Shown one piece after another: positions 11,153 to 19,773 of a stretch of DNA of 64,000 nt; the stretch's first letter is position 1, and each line of letters starts with the position of its first letter. The position numbers were made by a program, and so were the translations under genes. This DNA comes from an uncultured Acidimicrobiaceae bacterium (GTDB lineage: Bacteria; Actinomycetota; Acidimicrobiia; Acidimicrobiales; RAAP-2), in the NCBI GenBank assembly GCA_963847725.1, contig CAWKAT010000004.1, forward strand, positions 106,627 through 170,626, read 5' to 3'. A model generated the notes under the pieces. The model made no database searches. It was not told where the DNA came from and saw nothing but the letters and a program-made list of their open reading frames with translations.

Positions 11153-12507
11153 GTCTTCACGCTCTCGCGGTTTATGGGTCCCTCGCTACTCGACCCTGAA
11201 AAAAGACTCAGGACTTGCGACGCGGCTTGGCAGCCGCTCCGCACGGCCCCCTCCATGGTGGCGGGCCAACCCGTGTCACACCAGGCGCCGGCGAGGAATA
11301 CTCCGGCCTCGCTCGACGCGATCGAGGCCCGAAGGGACTCAACGCCGGGCGCGGCGCGAAAGGTGGCCGACGCTTCGCGCGTCACCACGGCACTGAGGAC
11401 GTGGGCCTCGCGGGCCAGGGGAAAGAGGTCGTTCAAGGCCTCGCGGAAGCGGGGTATCAGTTCACTCGAACCGGTCGCCATGTAGGGGTCGGCGGCGGAG
11501 AGGGAGATGACCAGGCACTGACCGGAGTGGGTGCCCGCCGCGTCGCTGCGATCGAAGACGAACTCGATGGGCGAGTCGACGCAGGCGGCCATGACGAGTT
11601 CGGTGACCTTTCGATCGAAGACGAACTGAATGTTGACGATCGGCGACGTTCCTAGCTCACTGGCCAGGCCCGGGTCGAGGACCCCGAGGGCCGCGGCGCC
11701 CCGCGGCGGCGTCGCCACGATGACGGCGTCGGCGCTCACGGACTCCTCGCCGGTCGAGACGTTGAAGGTCCCGTCACTCGCGCGCGTCAGCGAGTGGGCG
11801 GTCGTGGAGAGACGAGTGGTCACGCCCGCCGCGTCCAGAGCGCGAGCCGCGTACTCGCCGTGAAGCTTGATGAGCGGTACCGTCGACCAGCCCATGTCGG
11901 CGCCGTTCGCGGTGCGAAGAAATCCCACTTGAAAGACTTGGGCGGCGACGGCGAGGGAGGCGTCGTCCACCGGCACGTTGAGGGTCGGTTGAATGATCAG
12001 GTTCCACAGTCGGGCGATCGCTCGTGGCGACTGACCCCGCTGGCGAAGCCAGTCGCCGAAGTTGATGTCGTCGAGGGTCGGGTCGCCCAGCGTGAGGCGA
12101 CTGAGGGCCAGTACCGGGCGGAGCAGTTGGAGGCGCTCACGCACCGAGAGGAGTCGATAGCGCGCCAGCGACGCCGCCAGGTGAAAGGGTGCGGGCAGGT
12201 TGGATCGGCGAATTGATCCACGCTGACCGCCCGGCGCGATGACCGGCACGTCGAGACGCGACTGCAGGTACACCTTGTCGGTGGCGCCGAGGCGCTTCAG
12301 CAAGTCCCGGTAGGCGCTGCAGCAGCCTAGGAAGACGTGTTGTCCGTTATCAAAGGAGTACCCTTCCCTCTCTTGGGACGTGGTTAGACCTCCGAGATGA
12401 GGACGACGCTCCCACACCGTCACGTTCATCCCGGCGTCGGCCAGGGTCAGGGCCGCGCTGATGCCCGCGAGACCTCCCCCGATGATCAAGACGCGAGGTC
12501 GACTCAT
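11149..12507 (-). CDS. hpnE: hydroxysqualene dehydroxylase (squalene-associated FAD-dependent desaturase)
   Basis: The amine-oxidase/phytoene-desaturase fold has the dinucleotide motif RVLIIGGGLAGISAAL directly after the chosen ATG 12507. That ATG forms an ATGA overlap with the hpnD stop. The gene sits between hpnD and the prenyl synthase. Confidence 0.85.
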   Translation of the reverse strand: MSRPRVLIIGGGLAGISAALTLADAGMNVTVWERRPHLGGLTTSQEREGYSFDNGQHVFLGCCSAYRDLLKRLGATDKVYLQSRLDVPVIAPGGQRGSIRRSNLPAPFHLAASLARYRLLSVRERLQLLRPVLALSRLTLGDPTLDDINFGDWLRQRGQSPRAIARLWNLIIQPTLNVPVDDASLAVAAQVFQVGFLRTANGADMGWSTVPLIKLHGEYAARALDAAGVTTRLSTTAHSLTRASDGTFNVSTGEESVSADAVIVATPPRGAAALGVLDPGLASELGTSPIVNIQFVFDRKVTELVMAACVDSPIEFVFDRSDAAGTHSGQCLVISLSAADPYMATGSSELIPRFREALNDLFPLAREAHVLSAVVTREASATFRAAPGVESLRASIASSEAGVFLAGAWCDTGWPATMEGAVRSGCQAASQVLSLFSGSSSEGPINRESVKT

Positions 12508-13343
12508 GAGCGCGCCGCGAGAAGACTCTGGACCGCGACCGAGACTTTCTCGAGGGTCGGCACCGACACCCGTCCTTGGGTGACCGCGATCGGATTGTTC
12601 TCGATGCGTCGCAGCAGGTGCTGATAGATGCCCGACAGCGTTCCCACGCAGGCCCGTCCTCGGCCGGACAGGAGCGGCAGCAGCTCCAGGCCCTCCGCGA
12701 ACCAACGATCGGCGCGTCCGCACTCAAAGGCGACGAGACGCGCGACCTCGCTGTCTGGTCCCGTGAGGCTCGGGTCGCAACTCACGCGCTGCGCGTCAGC
12801 GCGGGGAAGATAGACGCGTCCGAGCGAGCGATCTTCGACGACGTCACGCAAGATGTTCGTCAGTTGCAGGGCGACCCCCAGCGAGTCGGCCAGGGGCACC
12901 GCTCTCTCGAGATCATCACCGCCCACCACGGCGAGGGTCAGGCGACCCACCGAGCCCGCGACGTTGCGACAGTACGTCACCAGATCGTCGATCGTCTCGT
13001 AGGTGGTGCCGTTGAGATCCATCTCGCAGCCGTCGATGATCTCGCCGAAACACTCCAGGGAGATGGGGTAGCGGCTCGCGGCGTCGGCCACGGCGGCCAG
13101 GACCGGATCGTTGGTCTTGGGGTCGATCGGATCGAGGTCCTTGCGCACGTGGTGGAGAGCGGCGAACTTCTCTTCGGGCGCACCGGGGCCGTCGCCAATG
13201 TCGTCGATGCGACGCGCCAAGGCGTAGATGGCCGACATGGCCTGGCGCTCCGGTTTCCGTAGCAGCCGAATGCCGTAGGCGAAATTTTTCGCTTCCTTGC
13301 GGGTGACGCCCTCGCACCACTCGTAGGCGGCTTCTACGTTCAC
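12504..13343 (-). CDS. hpnD: presqualene diphosphate synthase
   Basis: Squalene/phytoene synthase family (ARRIDDIGDG, NILRDVVEDRSLGRVYLP). I trimmed the start to GTG 13343, which forms a GTGA overlap with the hpnC stop. The upstream part of the track ORF is Arg-rich and overlaps hpnC. Confidence 0.85.
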   Translation of the reverse strand: MNVEAAYEWCEGVTRKEAKNFAYGIRLLRKPERQAMSAIYALARRIDDIGDGPGAPEEKFAALHHVRKDLDPIDPKTNDPVLAAVADAASRYPISLECFGEIIDGCEMDLNGTTYETIDDLVTYCRNVAGSVGRLTLAVVGGDDLERAVPLADSLGVALQLTNILRDVVEDRSLGRVYLPRADAQRVSCDPSLTGPDSEVARLVAFECGRADRWFAEGLELLPLLSGRGRACVGTLSGIYQHLLRRIENNPIAVTQGRVSVPTLEKVSVAVQSLLAARS

Positions 13344-14212
13344 ACCGATCTCCGGTGACTCGCCAGAAACGCGCTCGTCAGGTGAGACGCCAATGACCGT
13401 TTGGTCGGACGACAGTGGGTACCCAGCACGTCGAACTGCGCCGCCTTTAACGCGTCGACGACGGCCAGTCCGCCCGCGACGAAGCCTTCCACGGCGAATC
13501 GTGGACGCCAAGGAAGGGTGGTGGCCAGTGGGGCGCCCTCGTTCAACAGCGTGCGCGCTCGCTCGGACTCAAACGCCACGACCTCTCGAAGGGGAGCGTT
13601 GGCCCTAGCGGCGAGCAGATCGTCTTCGGAGCAGCCAAATCGATCGAGGTCGGCGAGCGGCAGATAGATCCGGCCCGCGCGAGCGTCCTCGCCCACGTCT
13701 TGAAGGTGCTCCACGATCTGCAGCGCGATGCAGATCTGGTCGGAGAGGGCGACGCGTTCGGGGGTCGAGGCGTGAAACACGGACAGCACGAGGTGACCCA
13801 CGGGCGCGGCCGACAGCATGCAGTAGCCGACCAGATCGTCGAAAGTCTGATAACGAGTCACACGTTGATCGACCCGATTGGCCTCGATCAACGCACGAAA
13901 GGGTTCCGGGGCGAGACCGAGACTGGTGATGGTCGGGGTCAGGCGTTGAAACACCGGGTGAATCGCCTCACCGCGAAAGGCCAGGTCCAGCTCGTCGTCA
14001 AGCCAGTCGAGCAGGGCCAGACGATCTCCCGTCGCCTCGTCGCCGATATCGTCCGTCATTCGAGCAAAGGCGTAGATCGCCATCAGGTTGGCTCGTTCTT
14101 CCCGCGGGAGGAGCCGAGTGGCCACCGGAAAGTTCTCGTGGCGGGCTCTCGCCGCCACGTTGTCGTTCCCGTTCAGGAAACTGCTAATCGTCTGCGTCAA
14201 TTTGATTGACAC
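13340..14212 (-). CDS. hpnC: hydroxysqualene synthase
   Basis: 290 aa squalene/phytoene synthase family protein (ENFPVATRLLP, ARMTDDIGDE, LQDVGEDARAGRIYLP). It is the first gene after a 138-nt AT-richer spacer. Confidence 0.85.
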   Translation of the reverse strand: MSIKLTQTISSFLNGNDNVAARARHENFPVATRLLPREERANLMAIYAFARMTDDIGDEATGDRLALLDWLDDELDLAFRGEAIHPVFQRLTPTITSLGLAPEPFRALIEANRVDQRVTRYQTFDDLVGYCMLSAAPVGHLVLSVFHASTPERVALSDQICIALQIVEHLQDVGEDARAGRIYLPLADLDRFGCSEDDLLAARANAPLREVVAFESERARTLLNEGAPLATTLPWRPRFAVEGFVAGGLAVVDALKAAQFDVLGTHCRPTKRSLASHLTSAFLASHRRSV

Positions 14213-14350
14213 CAGCTCCGACTCCCTTTGAGCAATTCCAACAAAGTAAACCTATCAGTCGTGTTTTGAAGATCATTCAACGAATAGTGCCGCGACCTGC
14301 GGAGTTACCTCGTCGTTTCTGTTCCTTGAGTATTTTTTCTGAGCGCGCAG

Positions 14351-16312
14351 TCAGCTATTCCAGGGATACTCGGTCTTCGCGCTGAGATACGCACCTCGTG
14401 GTGCGACCGGTAACGCGCGGGGAAACTCGGGCTCATCGTTTAGAAGTCGTGTGAAGGCCGTGGCGAGCCCTTCGGGATCGAGGCCCAGTTCTGCGAGTAG
14501 GGCGTCCGGTTTGTTGTGGTCGAGAAAGGCGCGCGGCACTCCGAGTATTCGAGTAGTGGGCACCCCCACCCCGAGATCCTGAGCCCTTTCGCGCACCGCG
14601 GAGACCATCAACGTGCCGGCGCCGCCGTGGCGCGTGCCGTCTTCCACGGTGATGATGCGTTGGTGACTCACGGCGTCATTGATCATGGCGGGGTCGGGTG
14701 GCAGGACGCGCACGTCGTAGAGCGTGACGCGCTGGCCCTCATCACCCATCCGTGAGAGCGCCTCGTAGGCGGAGGGCGCCATCTTGCCGACCGCGAGCAC
14801 GCACAGCGAGCCGTCACCGCGGCTGACCTCACGGGCGTGCAGGCCGACGCCCGTCTTAGCGTCGAAGGGCTTGGGCAGGGTCTTGGGAAAGCGCAGAGCG
14901 GTCGGAGAGCTCATGGAGAGTGCCTCGGCGAGCATGCCCGGAATCTCTTCGGCGCTGGAGGGCGCGAAGACCGTCATGTTGGGTATGGCGAGACACAACG
15001 CCATGTCCAAGAGGCCGTGGTGGCTCGGTCCATCGTCACCGGTAATCCCGGAACGATCAAAGACAAAGACGACCGGCAAGTTCAACAGACCCACGTCCAA
15101 GTTGGCCTGGTCGAACGCGCGCGAGAAGAAGGTCGAGTAGAGCGCCACCACGGGTTTGAGACCGCCCATAGCCATGCCGGCCGCCGCGGTGACGGCGTGT
15201 TGCTCGGCGATGCCCACGTCGAAGAACCGCGTGGGATAGCGCTGTTGGAAGGCGATCAGGCCCGTGGGTTCGGCCATGGCGGCGGTAATGGCGACGACGC
15301 GATCGTCCAGGTCCGCCAGGGTGATGAGTGAGTTGGCGAAGGCGGCCGTGAACGACTTCGGCACGGGCTCGTCGTGAGTGATGTCCGGGCGCAGCTTGTA
15401 GTCGTGCATCTTTAAGTTATCGGCGGTGGCCGGCTCGTAGCCTCGACCCTTCTCGGTCAGAACGTGCACGACGATCGGCCCGTCCCACAGCGCCGCGTTT
15501 CGTAGAGCCGCCTCGAGCGACTCGATGTTATGGCCGTCGATGGGTCCCACGTAACGCACGCCCAAGTCCTCGAAGAACGTGCCGGGCGTTACCAGTTCGC
15601 GCACCGCCGAGGTCACCCCGTGCAGGCCGGCCAGCCCGGCGCGGCCGGCCCGTGGAAGGTGGGGAGCGAGGTGACGCACGCCTTCGCGAACCGTGACGTA
15701 GGTGCGATTCAGTCGAAGTGACGTGAGGGACTCCGACAGTTTGGAGACGGTGGGGGCGTAGCTCCGTCCGTTGTCATTGAGGACAATGACCACGCGCTGA
15801 TTGGAGTGACCGAGGTTGTTGAGGGCCTCGTAGGCCATGCCGCCCGTGAGAGAACCATCACCGACGACCGCGACGACGTGTCGCTTACCACCGTGACCGG
15901 CCAACTCGCCGCGATGGTTGAGGGCGATCGAGAGTCCGTGGGCGTAGGAAAGGGCGGTGGAGGCGTGACTGGACTCGATCCAGTCGTGCGGGCTCTCCGA
16001 GCGGCTGGGATATCCCGAAAGCCCCCCGCGCTGGCGCAGTTGGGGGAAGTCGCGCCGGCGACCGGTGAGCAGTTTGTGAATATAGGCCTGGTGCCCGGTA
16101 TCCCACAGGAGAATGTCCTCGGGAGAGTGGAAGACCCGATGCAGCGCCAGGGTGAGTTCGACGACGCCGAGGTTCGATCCCAGGTGTCCACCGGTCGTGG
16201 TCACGGTGGAGATAATGAACTCGCGAATCTCTTGACTGAGCGCGTCCAACTCCTTGTAGGAGAGGGGCCGCAGGTCGTCGGGACCCTCGATGGAAGCGAG
16301 ATTCACCTTCAA
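14351..16312 (-). CDS. dxs: 1-deoxy-D-xylulose-5-phosphate synthase
   Basis: 653 aa. The N-terminus contains GGHLGSNLGVVELTLALH and the ThDP motif is VVAVVGDGSLTGGMAYEALNN. The transketolase-like C-terminal domains are present. The track start at 16312 is a TTG; a GTG two codons downstream is an alternative. Confidence 0.92.
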   Translation of the reverse strand: MKVNLASIEGPDDLRPLSYKELDALSQEIREFIISTVTTTGGHLGSNLGVVELTLALHRVFHSPEDILLWDTGHQAYIHKLLTGRRRDFPQLRQRGGLSGYPSRSESPHDWIESSHASTALSYAHGLSIALNHRGELAGHGGKRHVVAVVGDGSLTGGMAYEALNNLGHSNQRVVIVLNDNGRSYAPTVSKLSESLTSLRLNRTYVTVREGVRHLAPHLPRAGRAGLAGLHGVTSAVRELVTPGTFFEDLGVRYVGPIDGHNIESLEAALRNAALWDGPIVVHVLTEKGRGYEPATADNLKMHDYKLRPDITHDEPVPKSFTAAFANSLITLADLDDRVVAITAAMAEPTGLIAFQQRYPTRFFDVGIAEQHAVTAAAGMAMGGLKPVVALYSTFFSRAFDQANLDVGLLNLPVVFVFDRSGITGDDGPSHHGLLDMALCLAIPNMTVFAPSSAEEIPGMLAEALSMSSPTALRFPKTLPKPFDAKTGVGLHAREVSRGDGSLCVLAVGKMAPSAYEALSRMGDEGQRVTLYDVRVLPPDPAMINDAVSHQRIITVEDGTRHGGAGTLMVSAVRERAQDLGVGVPTTRILGVPRAFLDHNKPDALLAELGLDPEGLATAFTRLLNDEPEFPRALPVAPRGAYLSAKTEYPWNS

Positions 16313-16358
16313 AGCCTACCGTTGAGGGCCGCGAGGCGACGATCCTCGAAAGAATGAC

Positions 16359-17276
16359 CTACCGGGCGAGGTGCTGAGCGCGGCGACGCGCGTAGCGACC
16401 GCGACCGGCGAGGAGGTGTCGGGCCGGGTCGTCGTCGTAGACGCCCACCACCAACGACGAGGCGCACAGCCCGAGCGCGCCCGCCACCAGTGTCACGAGC
16501 GAGAGGATCTCCAACGCGACGGCCCACGCTCCTCCTCGTAGTTGCTCGTCGAACAGAACGAACCCGAGGATGATGGAGACGATGGGGTTGGTCAGAATCA
16601 GCGCCGACTGCGACACCGCGAGCGAACCGGCTCGAAAGGCGTGTTGCATCACGACAAAGGACGTCAGTCCGATGAAGGCCAGGGCGTAGAGCTGCCAGGA
16701 GATCAACGCGCGCACCCAGTCCCCCAGTAGCACGTTGGTGAGCGACTTGGTCACGACGGCGAGAAAGGCAAACCCCACCGAGGCTCCCGCGCCCAGAAAG
16801 AGTGCGCGCCACCAGTCGGGTCCTCGCAGTCCGAGGGCCACGAGAGAGAACGCGACCGCGGCGACGACGACGCTCGTGCCAATCCACCGGGCGGCGTGCG
16901 GCGTGCCGCTACCCAGGGTGGGCGAGGCGACCGCCAGGAACACGGTGAGACCGACCACCGCGGCGAGCGCCGAGACGACGTCGCGAGCGCGCCACGGCGT
17001 GGAGTACCAGAACCACAGGACGAAGACGACCACCAGAAGCTCACTCACCATGAGGGGCTGAACTTCGGCCACCGAACCCAGGTGCAGAGCGATTGACTGC
17101 ACCAGGTAGCCCAGCGACATCACGGCAAATCCCACGATCCACACGCGGCGACGGATCATCTGGTGAATGAAACCGCGCTCGGGGCTGTCGGCGGGGATGG
17201 CCTCTACGCCGAGACGCTGGCACACGCTGGATAACGCGTACAGACACGATGCCGCGAGCGCCAAAAAGATGACCAC
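16359..17276 (-). CDS. DMT-superfamily-like integral membrane protein (about 9-10 TM helices)
   Basis: 305 aa, very hydrophobic, with two similar halves and an Arg-rich cytosolic tail. It lies 46 nt upstream of dxs on the same strand and is divergent from the aminotransferase. Confidence 0.6.
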   Translation of the reverse strand: MVIFLALAASCLYALSSVCQRLGVEAIPADSPERGFIHQMIRRRVWIVGFAVMSLGYLVQSIALHLGSVAEVQPLMVSELLVVVFVLWFWYSTPWRARDVVSALAAVVGLTVFLAVASPTLGSGTPHAARWIGTSVVVAAVAFSLVALGLRGPDWWRALFLGAGASVGFAFLAVVTKSLTNVLLGDWVRALISWQLYALAFIGLTSFVVMQHAFRAGSLAVSQSALILTNPIVSIILGFVLFDEQLRGGAWAVALEILSLVTLVAGALGLCASSLVVGVYDDDPARHLLAGRGRYARRRAQHLAR

Positions 17277-17372
17277 CCATTCAGCCTACGGGTCGGTTGC
17301 TCGGGCGGCGAGTGCGCTCGCCACCGCGCGACGCCCTCTCGCGCCTAGATTTGAAGGAGCAGAAGGAGGACC

Positions 17373-18788
17373 ATGTCGTTCAATCTGTCGGAACTTCTCG
17401 CTGATCGCGACGGAGAAAACTTTCAGCTTCACACTCAGTACCTGAACCCCCAGTTGGCCAAGGTCGTCAAGACCCTCGGCTTCGATCGCTTCTACCAGCG
17501 CGGTGAGGGGTGTTACCTCTACGACGAGCAGGGAACGAAGTACCTCGACCTCTTGAGCGGTTTTGGCGTCTTCGCCCTCGGCCGCTCTCACCCGGTGGTG
17601 CGCGACGCCCTACACCAGGCGCTCGACGCCGATCTACCCAACATGGTCCAGATGGACTGCGCGCTGCTCCCGGGACTGCTCGCCGAACAGTTGGTCCTGC
17701 GCAGCCCCGCACAGATTGAGCGCGTCTACTTCTGCAACTCGGGCGCCGAGGCGGTCGAGGCGTCAATCAAGTTCGCCCGGGCCCACACCGGTCGCTCGCG
17801 CGTCTGTTACCACGCGCACGCCTATCACGGTCTCACCATGGGCGCGCTGGCCCTCAACGGATCGAAGGAGTTCAAAAAGGGTTTCGGAGAGATGTTGCCC
17901 GGAGCAACCGAGATACCCTTCGGCGACGTCGAGGCGTTGACCGCCGAGATTCGACGCGGCGACGTCGCGGCCTTCATCGTGGAGCCCATTCAGGGCAAGG
18001 GCGTCTATGAACTTGACGGGGAAATATGGCGAGCGCTTGAAGCGGCCTGTCACGACGCGGGTGTCCTCTTTATCTGCGACGAAGTGCAGACGGGCATCGG
18101 GCGAACCGGAAAGTTCTACGCGTTCGAGCACTTCGGTTTGAACCCCGACATCGTTACGGTCTCCAAAGCGCTCTCGGGCGGGTACGTCCCGGTGGGCGCC
18201 ATGCTCACCAGCGACAAGATATTTCGCAGCGTCTACAGCTCCATGGAGCGCGCCATGGTGCACTCGACCACCTTCAAAGGCAACCAACTCGCCATGGTCG
18301 CGGGACTCGCCACTCTGTCGGTCTTCGACGAGGAGTCCATCGTGGAGCACACCGCCTCAATGGGGGATCTCTGGCACAAGAAGCTCGGCGAACTGAGCGA
18401 CCGTCACGAGTACGTGAAGGAAGTGCGGGGCCGCGGTCAGATGATCGGCATCGAGTTCGGGGCCCCCACCACGGCGGCCCTGAAGCGCCGCTGGCGGGCC
18501 GTCGAGGCCGCTCGCACCGCCATGTTTACCCAGACCCTGGTCGTTCCGCTCTTCCAGAAGCATCGCATCTTGACCCAGGTCGCGGCGGACAACGTGAACA
18601 TCATCAAGCTGCTTCCGGCCCTCATCGCCGACGAGGCAGAGATCGACCTCTTCGTGGACGCGTTGGACGAACTATTGAACGATGCCGAAAAGAACAGTGG
18701 GTGGATCGTGGGCTTTGGTGCGGCGATGATCAAGGGCACCCTGAAGCGCACTCGCTCGTCCTCGAACGCCGCTCGCTCGCCGCGCTGA
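17373..18788 (+). CDS. class-III (ornithine/acetylornithine-type) aminotransferase, HpnO-like candidate
   Basis: 471 aa. Motifs seen are YLDLLSGFGVFALGRSHP and DEVQTGIGRTGKFYAFEH, and the PLP lysine is in TVSKALSGG. A strong GAAGGAG / AGGAGG Shine-Dalgarno sits before the ATG. The position mirrors the aminotransferase in the Streptomyces hopanoid cluster. Confidence 0.8.
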   Translation: MSFNLSELLADRDGENFQLHTQYLNPQLAKVVKTLGFDRFYQRGEGCYLYDEQGTKYLDLLSGFGVFALGRSHPVVRDALHQALDADLPNMVQMDCALLPGLLAEQLVLRSPAQIERVYFCNSGAEAVEASIKFARAHTGRSRVCYHAHAYHGLTMGALALNGSKEFKKGFGEMLPGATEIPFGDVEALTAEIRRGDVAAFIVEPIQGKGVYELDGEIWRALEAACHDAGVLFICDEVQTGIGRTGKFYAFEHFGLNPDIVTVSKALSGGYVPVGAMLTSDKIFRSVYSSMERAMVHSTTFKGNQLAMVAGLATLSVFDEESIVEHTASMGDLWHKKLGELSDRHEYVKEVRGRGQMIGIEFGAPTTAALKRRWRAVEAARTAMFTQTLVVPLFQKHRILTQVAADNVNIIKLLPALIADEAEIDLFVDALDELLNDAEKNSGWIVGFGAAMIKGTLKRTRSSSNAARSPR

Positions 18789-18795
18789 ACCGTCC

Positions 18796-19773
18796 GTGAC
18801 GCGGTCGTTCTGGCGCAGATGGTCGTCCCTCCGCCTGCTGGTCGTCGCGGCTCTCATCGCGGTGGTGTACCTCGTCGTGGCGGTTCGCCCCGCGCCGACG
18901 CCGGGATCGGGCCTCCAAGTCCTAACGACGAGGGCCTACGGCCCGGTGCTCGTGGTCAAGGGAGGGCGACTGGCGGGCTTTCCTCTCTATGAGTTCAGTG
19001 GCGACACCGCGGGCCGTCTCGGCTGCGGGCGGGTCCGGGCGCGGGGGTACGATCTCGTCCCGAGTGGGGCGCTCACCATGACCTGCACCGGTCCGATGAG
19101 CGACCTCTTCAACGGAGTGAACTCCGATGACTGGCCGGCCTTCACCACCAAGGGTCGGCCGGTCGCGGGGGCCGGCGTCCGGGCGTCACTGATCGGCACG
19201 ATTCACCGGCGCGGAATTGGCGATCAGGTCACCTACGCCGGTCATCCCCTCTACCTGTTCGATCCTTCGTCCGCGCCGTTCCGGCCGCTCGGCGAGGACT
19301 ACCTCGAGACCGTCGCCCCGCTCGCCCCCTGGCACGGCTACTGGTCCCTGGTGTCCGCCGCGAACGGCGACCCCGACGCGGGGATCGCCACCCTCGAGAC
19401 GGGCCGAGTGGCGAGTGGCGAGCGCGTCGTGGCCGTCGAGGGCGACCCGAACATCAATCCGCTGGCCGTGACCGTCTACTCCTACAGCGGCGGCCTCTGC
19501 CCCGCGTCGTGCGCCCCGCAGTGGGTCCCGGTGCTCACCACCACGACCCCCCACGTACGGGGTCTCACCGCCCGAGCGGTCGGCGACGTCCGCCTGGCGA
19601 ATGGCTCACTCCAGGTGACCTACGACTCGCACCCGCTCTATGAGTACTCGAAGGAGAAGGTCTCACTCGCCCCGAACGGAGACCTGGCGGCCGCGGGCAC
19701 CGCTGGCAACGGCAACGGACTCCGTGATGCGAGCGGGTCGTTCTCGATCGTCCCCGTCTCTCCCCAGGGTTAG
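18796..19773 (+). CDS. secreted/membrane-anchored protein with repeats of the 'secreted repeat of unknown function' type (PF03640-like)
   Basis: 325 aa with an N-terminal TM or signal segment (LRLLVVAALIAVVYLVV). It has three repeats of the G-x-P-L-Y-x-F/Y type: GFPLYEFSGD, GHPLYLFDPS and SHPLYEYSKE. Confidence 0.65.
   Translation: MTRSFWRRWSSLRLLVVAALIAVVYLVVAVRPAPTPGSGLQVLTTRAYGPVLVVKGGRLAGFPLYEFSGDTAGRLGCGRVRARGYDLVPSGALTMTCTGPMSDLFNGVNSDDWPAFTTKGRPVAGAGVRASLIGTIHRRGIGDQVTYAGHPLYLFDPSSAPFRPLGEDYLETVAPLAPWHGYWSLVSAANGDPDAGIATLETGRVASGERVVAVEGDPNINPLAVTVYSYSGGLCPASCAPQWVPVLTTTTPHVRGLTARAVGDVRLANGSLQVTYDSHPLYEYSKEKVSLAPNGDLAAAGTAGNGNGLRDASGSFSIVPVSPQG

Noticed and set aside
8235-13511. Long N-terminal extensions in the track ORFs for shc (to 10295), hpnE (to 12723) and hpnD (to 13511). 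The same applies to recN (21199), pyrG (22940), xerD (25169), scpB (28499), thiS (50421) and the DAO oxidoreductase (49049)
   Set aside because: The extensions overlap the upstream gene, are Arg/Gly-rich, and precede the point where family-conserved N-termini begin. In-frame ATG or GTG codons forming ATGA/GTGA junctions, or preceded by a Shine-Dalgarno, give protein lengths typical of each family.
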